DNA of 64,000 bases. Origin: Parcubacteria group bacterium LiPW_15. Its GTDB lineage: Bacteria > Patescibacteriota > Minisyncoccia > UBA6257 > 2-01-FULL-56-20. The position numbers were made by a program, and so were the translations under genes. Positions 27,862 through 36,847 of this stretch are shown here, piece after piece. A model generated the notes under the pieces. The model saw only the letters and a list, made by a program, of their open reading frames with translations, was not told where the DNA came from and did not search any database. The stretch lies in NCBI GenBank assembly GCA_007375645.1, contig VMER01000001.1, positions 273,211 through 337,210 on the forward strand, in the 5' to 3' direction. Each line of letters starts with the position of its first letter. Within the stretch, counting starts at the first letter, position 1.

Positions 27862-28539
27862 ATGCTCAATAAACTCTGGGCAAAAGAAAAGGTGCTCATC
27901 AGCCTTTCTGGTCTCATTGCCGCCCTAAGCGCGTTGTTTTTAGATATCCCAGTCCCCCAGATCGAAGATGCGAAAATTGCCCTAGCAAATGTACAATTTT
28001 TCTGGTTAGTGCTTTTGACAATCAGCCTAACTAAACTCTTTTTCAGCCTTATAGATTTGACAATCAAGACCGAAAAAGAAATTAAGAAAAAATATGATCT
28101 CCCCATTGGGGTTTTCTCGATGACGTTAGCCACTATTCTTCTTATGGTGCTTGGTAATTTTTGGAAATATATTTTTGACCTGTATGGAAAATCTTTTTGG
28201 GGATTCATGGACATCGTCTTTCCAGAGCTAGTTGCCGTGTCATGCGTTCTTCTGCTTCTTTTCGTAGAGAAAAAAAGAAGTAGATTCACTAGATTTTCCT
28301 ACATCATCGTCCTCTCGTTTGTACTTGGCCTGCTTATAGGCCTAGCAGGAATTTATATTCAGGAGGCATTAATTGGATATTTTTATTTTTATTGGCTCAA
28401 TCTGATATTCCCCGGCGCAACCATAATCGTAGCTCTGGGATTAATGATATTTTCTTACCTGAAGAAAAAACCTTTATTTTCAGCTCTCCCAAAAAGTTCG
28501 GCCTACGGCAAAACACTCACTGCCCAGCAAAACACATAA
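27862..28539 (+). CDS. Polytopic membrane protein (~6 TM), function unknown, divergent from the ATPase operon
   Basis: 225 aa, hydrophobic segments throughout; AT-rich. Confidence 0.5.
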   Translation: MLNKLWAKEKVLISLSGLIAALSALFLDIPVPQIEDAKIALANVQFFWLVLLTISLTKLFFSLIDLTIKTEKEIKKKYDLPIGVFSMTLATILLMVLGNFWKYIFDLYGKSFWGFMDIVFPELVAVSCVLLLLFVEKKRSRFTRFSYIIVLSFVLGLLIGLAGIYIQEALIGYFYFYWLNLIFPGATIIVALGLMIFSYLKKKPLFSALPKSSAYGKTLTAQQNT

Positions 28540-28555
28540 CCTCGAAATACGAATA

Positions 28556-28588
28556 CAAAAATACCGCCCCTGCAGCGGTATTCTTATT
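28556..28588 (+). terminator. Intrinsic terminator ATACCGC ccctgca GCGGTAT + T-rich tail; same stem sequence as the 8093 terminator
   Basis: aaaATACCGCccctgcaGCGGTATtcttatt. Confidence 0.55.
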
Positions 28589-28695
28589 GGCACTCAGGTT
28601 AGCTCTGCGCTGCGCCACACATAGAATTAGTAACGTTTCCCAGGCAATAATCATCTAGGTGGTTTCGCCTCAGGTTGTTCCTGGGAATTTAAGCC

Positions 28696-28989
28696 TTAAA
28701 CTAGCTTGACCTCAAACCTCCTTAAACTTGAGCCCGCTGCCCAATTTCGAAAAGCTGCGAGTTGAAATTTAGTATGTTCAGCATCTATTGTATCTGCAGT
28801 CTCGACTTCTATAACTACTTCCTGCGAACCATGTTTCCCGTAAACGTCAGGAATATACATGCCGATCATTGGTGGTTTTGCCTTTCCGGGCAGGTCAGCG
28901 TACACGATTGACCATCCATTAGAAGCAAGGTTGTTTGCCCAAAATGCTACCCCACTATCATGCCTCTCTTGATTTACTTTTAATCTCAT
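28696..28989 (-). CDS. Hypothetical 97-aa protein (possible degenerate nuclease-like PD...EVE motif)
   Basis: IPDVYGKHGSQEVVIEVET; otherwise unassigned. Confidence 0.35.
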   Translation of the reverse strand: MRLKVNQERHDSGVAFWANNLASNGWSIVYADLPGKAKPPMIGMYIPDVYGKHGSQEVVIEVETADTIDAEHTKFQLAAFRNWAAGSSLRRFEVKLV

Positions 28990-29162
28990 CTGGAAATTAT
29001 TGGATTTGTATTGATCGACCTTTCGGGTGGACGGCAGGACGTCTTATTCCCGCTATGATCATAACCCAATGCAATGTTAAAAAAGCTACACTTATCCACA
29101 GAAAAATTGACAAAATATAATTTTGTTTCTAAATCAAATCCAATCGAAAGTCGCCAGCAAAA

Positions 29163-30368
29163 TTACTCGTACCTCAACGCTTCCGCAGGCTCCATTTTGG
29201 CCGCTTGGCGGGCAGGTAAAAGTCCTGCGAAAATCCCGGTCATAAAGGTCACGAAAAGGATGACTGCGAAGCCGTAGAAGTCTAAGGAAGCAAAGGAGAA
29301 GAGCCCCTGGGTGCCAAGCTTTCCGGCAAAGAGCCCGATAAGGAAGGAGATAAAGACTCCGAGCAAGATTCCCATTAGTCCCCCGGTCAAACCGATTATC
29401 CCCGATTCCATGAGGAACAAGGAAAGCACATTTTCGCTTGAGGCGCCGATGGCCTTTAATATCCCGATCTGCTTGGTCCGCTCTAAAACCGAGGTATACA
29501 TTGTGTTCATTATGCCCACCGCGCCGACCACCAAAGATATGAGGGCTATGACTATCAAAAATATTTCGACGAGCGACATTACGCTCCCGATAAGCTGGCT
29601 GGTTTTCGCGGGAGTAAGAACCGAGAAGTCCCTGACTGTTTCCTGTTTGCCAAGCTCAAATTTTATCTGTCGGGCCAAGAGATCGAGATTCACGCCCGGG
29701 TTGGCCTTAAGTATCGCCGAGATCACGGCCCGCTCGCTCCCCGAGATCATCCAATAATTATTGAGGGATATATAGAACGAGTTGTCATCATCCTGCGCCC
29801 CTATCGGGTTCAACACGCCCACCACGCGCATTCTTTTTGATCCGACGATAAGCTCATCCCCCGTCCGGACGGGTGTTTTAAAAGTTTTGTTCGCCGCTAT
29901 ATCGCCGAGCACCATTTCGTTCGTGTCTTCGTTCTGCGGCCAGACGCCGGAGGCCAGCTTCACGCCCTGCGATTCTTCAAAGATCGGCCGCATGCCGGAC
30001 CAGGGAGCGGCATGTATCGTCGCGCCTTGTTTTTCCCCGCGGAATTCAATATTCATGATCGCCACATCGGTCGGCATGACGTATTTCACGCCCGAGATCC
30101 TTTCTAGATCAAAGAGATCGTCCACTTTGAATTTTTGTCCGCCCATAAGGCTCGCCATAGGATTTGTTTCCTTGCCCGGGAATATAAAGATGAGATCCGA
30201 GCCGAAACTCTGGAGGAGTCCCGAAATCGCCTTCTCTATTCCGGAACTCAAAGAAAAAATAATGACCACGAGCATTATGCCGATAACTATTCCCAAAATC
30301 GTAAGCCAGCTCCGAAGCGAGCGGTAGCGGATGCTTTTTAGAGTTAAGAGGAGAAAACTTTTAAACAT
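29163..30368 (-). CDS. ABC transporter permease, MacB/FtsX family
   Basis: N-terminal TM, large periplasmic domain, C-terminal FtsX-type 3-TM bundle; overlaps the ATPase gene. Confidence 0.85.
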   Translation of the reverse strand: MFKSFLLLTLKSIRYRSLRSWLTILGIVIGIMLVVIIFSLSSGIEKAISGLLQSFGSDLIFIFPGKETNPMASLMGGQKFKVDDLFDLERISGVKYVMPTDVAIMNIEFRGEKQGATIHAAPWSGMRPIFEESQGVKLASGVWPQNEDTNEMVLGDIAANKTFKTPVRTGDELIVGSKRMRVVGVLNPIGAQDDDNSFYISLNNYWMISGSERAVISAILKANPGVNLDLLARQIKFELGKQETVRDFSVLTPAKTSQLIGSVMSLVEIFLIVIALISLVVGAVGIMNTMYTSVLERTKQIGILKAIGASSENVLSLFLMESGIIGLTGGLMGILLGVFISFLIGLFAGKLGTQGLFSFASLDFYGFAVILFVTFMTGIFAGLLPARQAAKMEPAEALRYE

Positions 30369-31230
30369 TGTGTTCGGTAAGAGTCCGTCTGTGAATATTA
30401 TGATCGCGGAGCATCTCGCCGTCCCGGATGGTTATAACCTCATCCGCCTTTTCCGCGATATCCGCGTCGTGAGTCACAACGATAAGCGTTTTTTTCTCGC
30501 CGCGGTTCAGACCGATAAGCATTTCCAAAATTTTGTTGCCGGTTTTGGAATCCAGATTCCCGGTCGGTTCATCGCCCAAGATAACCGCCGGGTCGTTCAC
30601 AAGCGCGCGCAAAATGGCGGTGCGCTGCTGTTCGCCGCCGGAAAGCTGAGTCGGCCGATGCGTTACTCTTTCCTTCATACCCATATCTTCAAATCTCGCG
30701 AGCATCTTCACTCCATCCGTATCCCCGGTCGAAAATATAAGCGGAAGAGTCGCGTTTTCCAGGGCCGAAAGCCAGGGAATCAAATTGTATTGCTGAAACA
30801 CAAATCCGAAAGCGGTGGACCGCAATATCGCGCGCTCGTGATCCTCCGCGTTTGAAACGTCTTTCCCACGGAAAAATACTTTGCCGCTCGAGGGCCGGTC
30901 GAGGAGCCCGATCATATTCAAAAGCGTGGACTTCCCCGAACCGGAAGCGCCGATAATGGCCGTGAAGTCGCCTTCCCAAATGCTCAAGTTTATTCCCTTC
31001 AAAACTTCGGTTTTCGTGTCTCCCATATCAAAAACTTTCCAGACATTTTCAAGGCGAATTAAAGGTTCGCCCAAAAACCGGTCGGGCGTTTGTTTAAACC
31101 GATGTTCGCAACCGTCGCCGCAAAGGGCGTAGGTTTTCCCGGCGTGAGCCACATGCTTCAAGTCGGAAAGGCCCGAAACATCCATCCCGCAGACCGGGTC
31201 AAACAATTTTTCTGTACTCTCCGTCTCCAT
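30361..31230 (-). CDS. ABC transporter ATP-binding protein (MacB/LolD-like) with N-terminal YHS/TRASH-type metal-binding domain
   Basis: N-terminal DPVCGMDV...YALCGDGCEHRF (YHS-like); Walker A GASGSGKST, LSGGEQQR, Walker B DEPTGNLD. Confidence 0.8.
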   Translation of the reverse strand: METESTEKLFDPVCGMDVSGLSDLKHVAHAGKTYALCGDGCEHRFKQTPDRFLGEPLIRLENVWKVFDMGDTKTEVLKGINLSIWEGDFTAIIGASGSGKSTLLNMIGLLDRPSSGKVFFRGKDVSNAEDHERAILRSTAFGFVFQQYNLIPWLSALENATLPLIFSTGDTDGVKMLARFEDMGMKERVTHRPTQLSGGEQQRTAILRALVNDPAVILGDEPTGNLDSKTGNKILEMLIGLNRGEKKTLIVVTHDADIAEKADEVITIRDGEMLRDHNIHRRTLTEHNV

Positions 31231-31236
31231 ATTAAA

Positions 31237-32697
31237 TTAGCTCGATATGATGAGCGTCTCGCCTCCCTCTAAGCCCGAAAGGACTTCGATATTTTCCCCG
31301 TCGGAAATGCCCGTCGTGATCTTCGTTTCGACCGGACCCTTATCAGTCTCTACATTTACAAAAGCTTGGCCGCCGGACTTAAACATGGCGATTTCCGGGA
31401 TAACCACAACATTTTTGTGAAATTCCGCGAGTATTTTAAGATCCGCGCTCATTCCCGAACGGATTTCTACCCCGTCCGTTCCTCCGCCCTCAAAGAAAAC
31501 ATTTGTCCGATAATATTTGTCGGTATCTTTTAAAACCGGCTGCGGATCGACGGAAACAACCCTGCCTTTAAACGATCTTCCCGGAAACGCATCCAGCTCT
31601 ATCGTGACCTCGTTGCCGTTGGACCCGGCAGTGATCTTGCCGATATCCAATTCCGAAATATCGGATTGCAGTTTATAGCCGACCGCCGAAAGCGAAACGG
31701 CGTTTATGCCGGGCTGAGCCGCTTCCTGCCGTTCAAGCCAAACCTTGGTTACACGCGAAGCGATCGGCGCATAGAGCGTTGATTTCGCGATCTTATCCCG
31801 CGCGATTCCGATATCCGCGTCTTCGCTTTCCACCGCCGCGCGTTTCAAATCCAAAGTCTTAACGGCCAGATCTAAATTGGTTTTAGCGGTGGAGAATGCT
31901 CCGTCCGCGGTGGTGAGGTTGGTGATCGCCGCGTTAATGCTGGTTCTCGCCGCGGAAATCGTTTCTTTGTAGGAAGCGAGAGAAGCTGTGTCATTCGTGA
32001 TAGCCGCGAGATTTTGCAAAAAAGTGACGGTCAGATTCAAGGTATCATGCGCCACGGAATCCACGGCGGAAAGATCGCTCAAAGTCCCGGAGCTTGCCGC
32101 GGCAAGTCCATTTTTGAAATTTGTTAGGTCCGTTTCCAGGCGCTGGCGTTCGGTCTCCACCGCGTTCTTCAGGTCGAAGGAATTCGCACCGACTTGATAG
32201 TTAAAGACAGGAACGGTTCTCGGATTGGTAAACAGTGCGTCCATTTTTCCCCTCACCACATCATCGGCTCTGAAATATCCGTCGTTTAAAGAACTCAAAA
32301 GCGCTTTCGAGGCCGCGTCGCTTGCCGCGCGCGCGTTCACAACCGACGCCTCGGCTACCGCGACATCTTTTGCCGCCGCATGCGAAAGCAATTTGTCCAA
32401 GCTCAATTCCAATTCCCTGGTATCCAGTTTCGCCAAAGGAGTTCCGGCCGGGACAACGTCCCCTTCTTTCACGTAAACGGATGAAACCGTGCCGGAAACC
32501 GGAAACTGCAGATCAAAATCCTTTTGGGAAACCACTTCGCCCCGGGCTTTGACGGTTTCTCGAATATCTTTGCGTTCGGCCGTAAAAGTCAGATTGCTTG
32601 TATCCGGAGCTTTAATGTATTTTTCATAAACCCAAATTCCGGTTAAGAGTACTCCGGCCGCAACCGCCACGATTAAATACGTAGAAATTTTTTTCAT
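31237..32697 (-). CDS. HlyD/MacA-family periplasmic adaptor (membrane fusion protein) with long coiled coil
   Basis: N-terminal TM, Ala-rich coiled-coil hairpin, C-terminal beta-barrel region. Confidence 0.8.
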   Translation of the reverse strand: MKKISTYLIVAVAAGVLLTGIWVYEKYIKAPDTSNLTFTAERKDIRETVKARGEVVSQKDFDLQFPVSGTVSSVYVKEGDVVPAGTPLAKLDTRELELSLDKLLSHAAAKDVAVAEASVVNARAASDAASKALLSSLNDGYFRADDVVRGKMDALFTNPRTVPVFNYQVGANSFDLKNAVETERQRLETDLTNFKNGLAAASSGTLSDLSAVDSVAHDTLNLTVTFLQNLAAITNDTASLASYKETISAARTSINAAITNLTTADGAFSTAKTNLDLAVKTLDLKRAAVESEDADIGIARDKIAKSTLYAPIASRVTKVWLERQEAAQPGINAVSLSAVGYKLQSDISELDIGKITAGSNGNEVTIELDAFPGRSFKGRVVSVDPQPVLKDTDKYYRTNVFFEGGGTDGVEIRSGMSADLKILAEFHKNVVVIPEIAMFKSGGQAFVNVETDKGPVETKITTGISDGENIEVLSGLEGGETLIISS

Positions 32698-32756
32698 GTT
32701 TGGTGCCCTTATTATCTATAATTATACATCATTCGCATCTCTTTATGCTGGATTTA

Positions 32757-32794
32757 AATAAAAAAAGCTCCGACCCAGAAACCCAGGTCGGAGC
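32757..32794 (-). terminator. Intrinsic terminator GCTCCGACC...GGTCGGAGC + T-run (minus strand)
   Basis: aaaaaaaGCTCCGACCcagaaacccaGGTCGGAGC. Confidence 0.6.
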
Positions 32795-32801
32795 GGGAAA
32801 G

Positions 32802-33065
32802 CTACTCCAAAAGGAACGACTCGCTCTCGGTTGAGTTAGGCACGACGACGCCCATGGCCTCGAACCAGCCGGTCGGAATGGCATGGGTGTTTGTCATCCG
32901 AGCACCGCACGCTTCGCAGTCGCCCGGATTCATCTTCAAGTTGTTGGGCCGCTCGCTTTTGCAGGCCGAGCACTCGATCCACATGATGTGCGCGGCATAT
33001 TTCTTCGCCACCCACTCGGCGCGCTTCCCTTCGGGCTCCTCGGTGGTCATGATCTCACGCCTCAT
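32802..33065 (-). CDS. Small zinc-ribbon protein (CxxC...CxxC)
   Basis: CSACK...CEACG in an 87-aa ORF, GC-rich. Confidence 0.45.
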   Translation of the reverse strand: MRREIMTTEEPEGKRAEWVAKKYAAHIMWIECSACKSERPNNLKMNPGDCEACGARMTNTHAIPTGWFEAMGVVVPNSTESESFLLE

Positions 33066-33083
33066 TTCTTTGCGCTTCGCCGT

Positions 33084-33476
33084 CTACTTCCGGTGCGATC
33101 CCAGGGACTTGGCTCGCCCCCGCAGGATATTGTAGAAATCGGTGGCCAAAAGTATCGTTTTGGTGGTTTCAATCCTTTCGTATTTCTCGCGAATGTCCAC
33201 CGTGCCGCCACTCCAGACCTCGACCTCTACATTTGAAAGAGTTGCGCCGCTCAAACGGACCTCGGCCAGCACAACCATTTGCCACGGACTGGTGTTACGT
33301 TTCCGCCCCAGCTTCAAACTCAGACCACCGAATCCGTCTTCTGCGTAAAGCCGGTTGACGGCTTCGATGAGCTTTTGAATAAGCCCTACGAAAACCGAAT
33401 CTTCCAAAAGATTCTGCGCGTCTCCACATCCGTTGTCCAGGATGATAGTCGGTGGTTTCGGTCTGGGCTTCGCCAC
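33084..33476 (-). CDS. Hypothetical protein, paralog A of a local pair
   Basis: TIILDNGCGD...AVNRLYAEDGFGGLSLKL aligns with the 33648 gene. Confidence 0.5.
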   Translation of the reverse strand: MAKPRPKPPTIILDNGCGDAQNLLEDSVFVGLIQKLIEAVNRLYAEDGFGGLSLKLGRKRNTSPWQMVVLAEVRLSGATLSNVEVEVWSGGTVDIREKYERIETTKTILLATDFYNILRGRAKSLGSHRK

Positions 33477-33588
33477 ATGTCCTCCATACCGCTCGGAGCT
33501 CCGTCCTGCGGCTTTGGTTTTTTTGACGTCCGCGAAATGCGCACGCCTGCTGGTTACTTAATACCACTAATCGCGCCTTAAGGTCAAT

Positions 33589-33614
33589 CAAAAAGCGCCC
33601 CTTCGTGGGGGCGC
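33589..33614 (-). terminator. Intrinsic terminator GCGCCCC ttcgt GGGGCGC + T-run (minus strand)
   Basis: Seen in sequence. Confidence 0.5.
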
Positions 33615-33647
33615 GAGACTTCTTCAAAACTGATCTGATTGCCGAAG

Positions 33648-34124
33648 CTATTTCTTGAGCCTCAGCTTCTTCGCCCGCTTTTCGAGAAACTCGATGAGCG
33701 CGGCGAGAGGCGTTTCCCGCTTAACCGGATGCCAGATGTATTCGTCTCCGGTAGGCTTCGGATTCTTCTCCAGGAGATTTCCACCGCCCACCGTGAAATG
33801 AACCCCAGTGGCGAGTAGCTTCCCCCGGAACCGAAATTCGGCTGACGGCTCAGCACAGTTGAAGTTGTTGATGTAGCGGGTGAGCTTAACGCTCACACCC
33901 GCATAGCCGTGGTCGTAAAGCGTGTTTGCCGCCCTGGCGTAGACGACATAGGCTTCCGTGAATTCCCTGCTCGCCAAGGATCTTTCGGAAAGACCGAATT
34001 GGTTGTCCAAAAGAACGATGGCCCACTTCTGTTCCTTGGCCCGAGCCACGACCTTCTTCGCGTCTTTTCTTACCTTGCGCATCATACGAGCCTCCTCTTC
34101 CCTTCTCTGTAGGGAACTGCTCAC
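33648..34124 (-). CDS. Hypothetical protein, paralog B (basic N-terminal extension)
   Basis: AIVLLDNQFG...AANTLYDHGYAGVSVKL aligns with paralog A. Confidence 0.5.
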   Translation of the reverse strand: MSSSLQRREEEARMMRKVRKDAKKVVARAKEQKWAIVLLDNQFGLSERSLASREFTEAYVVYARAANTLYDHGYAGVSVKLTRYINNFNCAEPSAEFRFRGKLLATGVHFTVGGGNLLEKNPKPTGDEYIWHPVKRETPLAALIEFLEKRAKKLRLKK

Positions 34125-34153
34125 AGATTAGCAGGCTGAATTTTAAATATCAA

Positions 34154-34207
34154 TAAAACAAAAACCCGCTCCGACCTAGGTCGGAGCGGGTTTCGTCTCG
34201 TTTTGCC
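34154..34207. terminator. Bidirectional intrinsic terminator CCCGCTCCGACC ta GGTCGGAGCGGG flanked by A- and T-runs
   Basis: 12-bp perfect stem seen; shares the GCTCCGACC core with the 32757 terminator. Confidence 0.65.
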
Positions 34208-34228
34208 TTAAGGCAAGGAGAGATGCAT

Positions 34229-34468
34229 TTACGCAGTAGGCTCTGCAGCAGCAGGCTTTTCGGCTTCTACGCGAGTAACGTTTACTGCGTAAAGACCTTT
34301 ATCACCTTCGGCGACTTCGAAGGAAAGCTTATCGCCTTCCTGCAATTCGTCAAAAGTAATGCCTACGAGATCCTTGGAGTGGAAGAAAAGATCCTTCGCC
34401 TCGCCTTCGCGAGTGATGAATCCAAATCCCCTATCCTTAACAAGAGTCTTGATAATTCCAGTCATCAT
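34229..34468 (-). CDS. cspA: Cold-shock protein (CspA family) with Ala/Pro-rich C-terminal tail
   Basis: GIIKTLVKDRGFGFI...FFH RNP motifs. Confidence 0.9.
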   Translation of the reverse strand: MMTGIIKTLVKDRGFGFITREGEAKDLFFHSKDLVGITFDELQEGDKLSFEVAEGDKGLYAVNVTRVEAEKPAAAEPTA

Positions 34469-34654
34469 TTGATTACGGTTTTAATTAGTTTATTGCTGTA
34501 AAATTCGACTAGGTTTTCGTGCCAAACGCACTTGAGGATAAGTGTATACTATTCTCCGCCGCTTGTCAAGGGTTCCAGGTTTCGCTGGATATATAACACA
34601 CTAAAACGAAAGCCACCCCGATTGTGGAGTGGCTTTTCGGTACAATGTCTATTT

Positions 34655-36118
34655 TTATTCCCCGTTCAGGATGACGCGGGTGCTTGGACCAACGTAGCCG
34701 GCGGCGGTAACACCGTGCGCGCTCTGATATTTTTTAACCGCAGCTTCGGTCGCGGTACCGTAGTAACCGGTTGTCGAGCCGCTAAAATATCCTTCCGAAA
34801 TCAATCTCTTTTGAAGCTCCGTAACTTCGTTACCGGAAGAACCGACAGCGAGAAATAAAGTGAACTTATATTTTATTTGAGTCGTTCCCCCGCCGGAAGT
34901 TGAACCGCCCGCGCTCGCCGCAAGCTGGGTAAGTTTTGCGGCCATCGTTTGGATGGAAACCAAGATCTGCGCGAGCTGGCTTTGCATCGCGGTTATCTCT
35001 GCGAGCAAAGTCATATTCGAGGTGGTTCCCCCGGTCGTGCCCGACACCGTTACATAGAGAGTGCTGCAGGTTCCGGACGAAGCGCATATCGCAATTGAGG
35101 TCGAACCAGCGCTCGATCCATAGAGCGAGAGCGTGGATCCGCTCAAATTGGCCTGCGCCACGCCGGAATTGGAATTGGAGGAAATATAATAGTAGTTATA
35201 TCCGCCGTAGATCGGAACGCTCATACTTTGGCCGATGGAAATAGTCGGATTAGTACTCCCGAAGGAGATGGATTGATTTGTCCCGGATGTATTCACCGTC
35301 ACGTATATGATCCCGCAACCGCCCGAAGAAGAACAAACGTTGACATTCGTGGATCCGTTCGCGGCACCATAGATCGTAAGCACGCTGCCGTTTATGGAAG
35401 GAGTCGCAACACTTGAGTTGGAGTTCGAAGCGACGTAATATCCGCTTCCGCCGTAAAGATTGATCGTCGTATTCTGGCCGGTCGTAAGCGTAACGTTATT
35501 CTGGCTAAAGGAAAGCGATTGCACATTGGCGCTCTGCACGTTGATGGCCAGATTCGCGCAGTTCGATGCCGTGCCGACATAACAAATAGTCGCGTTCGTG
35601 CTTCCGATCTGCCTGCCGGTGATACTTATCTGCGTTCCGTTTATTTGAAGAAGTGCGATAGTCGAGTTCGGGCTTAGACCCGCGTAAACGCCGGTGGTGT
35701 TCCCCTGCGAAGTCACAGTCACCGTCTGTCCGAGTCCCACCGGAACATTGGTCTGGCTAAGCGACGGAGTTCCAAGCGAAGAAGAATTGTACGGCCAGGT
35801 CTGCATTGCCGACTGCTGGCTGTTTACCAAAACATAGACGGAGCTTCCGGAGTTAACCCCGTATGCCGCTCCGCTTATCGTGGTCGTAAACGTACCGCTC
35901 GAGTTGGTGGTCCCGAGGGTCGTGACCTGCATGCCCGATGAACTGCCGATATTGTAATAGAACATCACGCCGGAATTAGCGTCTCCCACCACATTTATCT
36001 GAACCGAATCCCCGCTTGTGCTCGACATCGAGAGAGTCGGCGTCATCGCGTACGCGCTCAATGTTCCGAAAGAACCTATCGACGCGAACAAAACCGCAAA
36101 CACAATTATTTTTTTCAT
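34655..36118 (-). CDS. Secreted repeat protein with C-terminal peptidoglycan-binding domain (PG_binding_1)
   Basis: Signal peptide; two ~70-aa internal repeats (..TINLYGGSGYYVASNSNS.. / ..VPIYGGYNYYYISSNSNS..); C-terminal NEVTELQKRL...YYG..T..AVKKYQ PG-binding motif. Confidence 0.65.
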   Translation of the reverse strand: MKKIIVFAVLFASIGSFGTLSAYAMTPTLSMSSTSGDSVQINVVGDANSGVMFYYNIGSSSGMQVTTLGTTNSSGTFTTTISGAAYGVNSGSSVYVLVNSQQSAMQTWPYNSSSLGTPSLSQTNVPVGLGQTVTVTSQGNTTGVYAGLSPNSTIALLQINGTQISITGRQIGSTNATICYVGTASNCANLAINVQSANVQSLSFSQNNVTLTTGQNTTINLYGGSGYYVASNSNSSVATPSINGSVLTIYGAANGSTNVNVCSSSGGCGIIYVTVNTSGTNQSISFGSTNPTISIGQSMSVPIYGGYNYYYISSNSNSGVAQANLSGSTLSLYGSSAGSTSIAICASSGTCSTLYVTVSGTTGGTTSNMTLLAEITAMQSQLAQILVSIQTMAAKLTQLAASAGGSTSGGGTTQIKYKFTLFLAVGSSGNEVTELQKRLISEGYFSGSTTGYYGTATEAAVKKYQSAHGVTAAGYVGPSTRVILNGE

Positions 36119-36195
36119 ATCGTTAATGATTTATATATCTGCCCTTTACCTAATTCTCCTCTTTGGAGCGAGGTTTTCAAGTGGCGCGAATCCCC

Positions 36196-36254
36196 CTCCT
36201 TCGCTAAAGCTTCGGTGGGCAAGCTCCGCCTTCGCTGAAGCTTCGGTGGACAAG
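36196..36254. repeat. Tandem direct repeat, 2 x ~29 bp (ctcc..ttcgct.aagcttcggtgg.caag), upstream of the PG-binding protein gene
   Basis: Seen directly. Confidence 0.7.
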
Positions 36255-36269
36255 CCTCTTTCAATTTAG

Positions 36270-36842
36270 TTAGGCAAAAATCTCCTCCGAAAGATCGTTT
36301 ATGCCGATTTTCTTCGTTGTGGAACACGGAATTATCACGTGATCTCCCACCAAATCTCCCAATCGTTGAAGTTTCTTTTCGTACTCGGATTTTTTTATTT
36401 TATCTACCTTGTTCGCCACGACCACTATATCTTTCTCTTTTATTTCCAAATTTTTTAGCATCGCGAGATCTTTGTCGGTCGGACCGACATTCGCGTCTAT
36501 AATAAGCACCACTTTTTTCTGTTGATATCCGGAATCCAAGAGGTACCAATCGATAAGCTCCCGAAGCTGCTCCTTCCCGCCTTTTGAGGCGTAAGAATAG
36601 CCGTAGCCCGGCAGGTCCACCAGATAAAACTTTTTATTTATCAAAAACAGATTTATCGCTCGTGTATATCCCGGAATATCGCTCGTTCGCGCCAAACCCT
36701 TCTCGCCTACGAGAGAATTGATAACGCTCGACTTACCCACGTTGGAACGGCCGATAAAAGCGATTTGTGGCTTGCCGTCCGAAAGAGACTCATCCGGACC
36801 GACCAGACTTTTTACAAACACGGCAGAATTTATTTTTGCCAT
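36270..36842 (-). CDS. engB: Ribosome-biogenesis GTPase EngB/YsxC (YihA)
   Basis: G1 GRSNVGKSS, G3 DLPGYG, G4 ANKVD; start set at MAKINS (36842), 5 nt after the RND gene stop. Confidence 0.85.
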   Translation of the reverse strand: MAKINSAVFVKSLVGPDESLSDGKPQIAFIGRSNVGKSSVINSLVGEKGLARTSDIPGYTRAINLFLINKKFYLVDLPGYGYSYASKGGKEQLRELIDWYLLDSGYQQKKVVLIIDANVGPTDKDLAMLKNLEIKEKDIVVVANKVDKIKKSEYEKKLQRLGDLVGDHVIIPCSTTKKIGINDLSEEIFA

Positions 36843-36847
36843 TTGTT

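Noticed and set aside
27813-28289. 158-aa minus-strand ORF overlapping the 27862-28539 membrane protein gene
   Set aside because: It is antisense to a better-supported ORF with coherent TM-helix periodicity.
33295-33627. 110-aa ORF spanning the gap between the two paralogous genes
   Set aside because: It overlaps the paralog A coding frame and the terminator hairpin in GC-rich DNA, with an Arg-rich junk-like translation.
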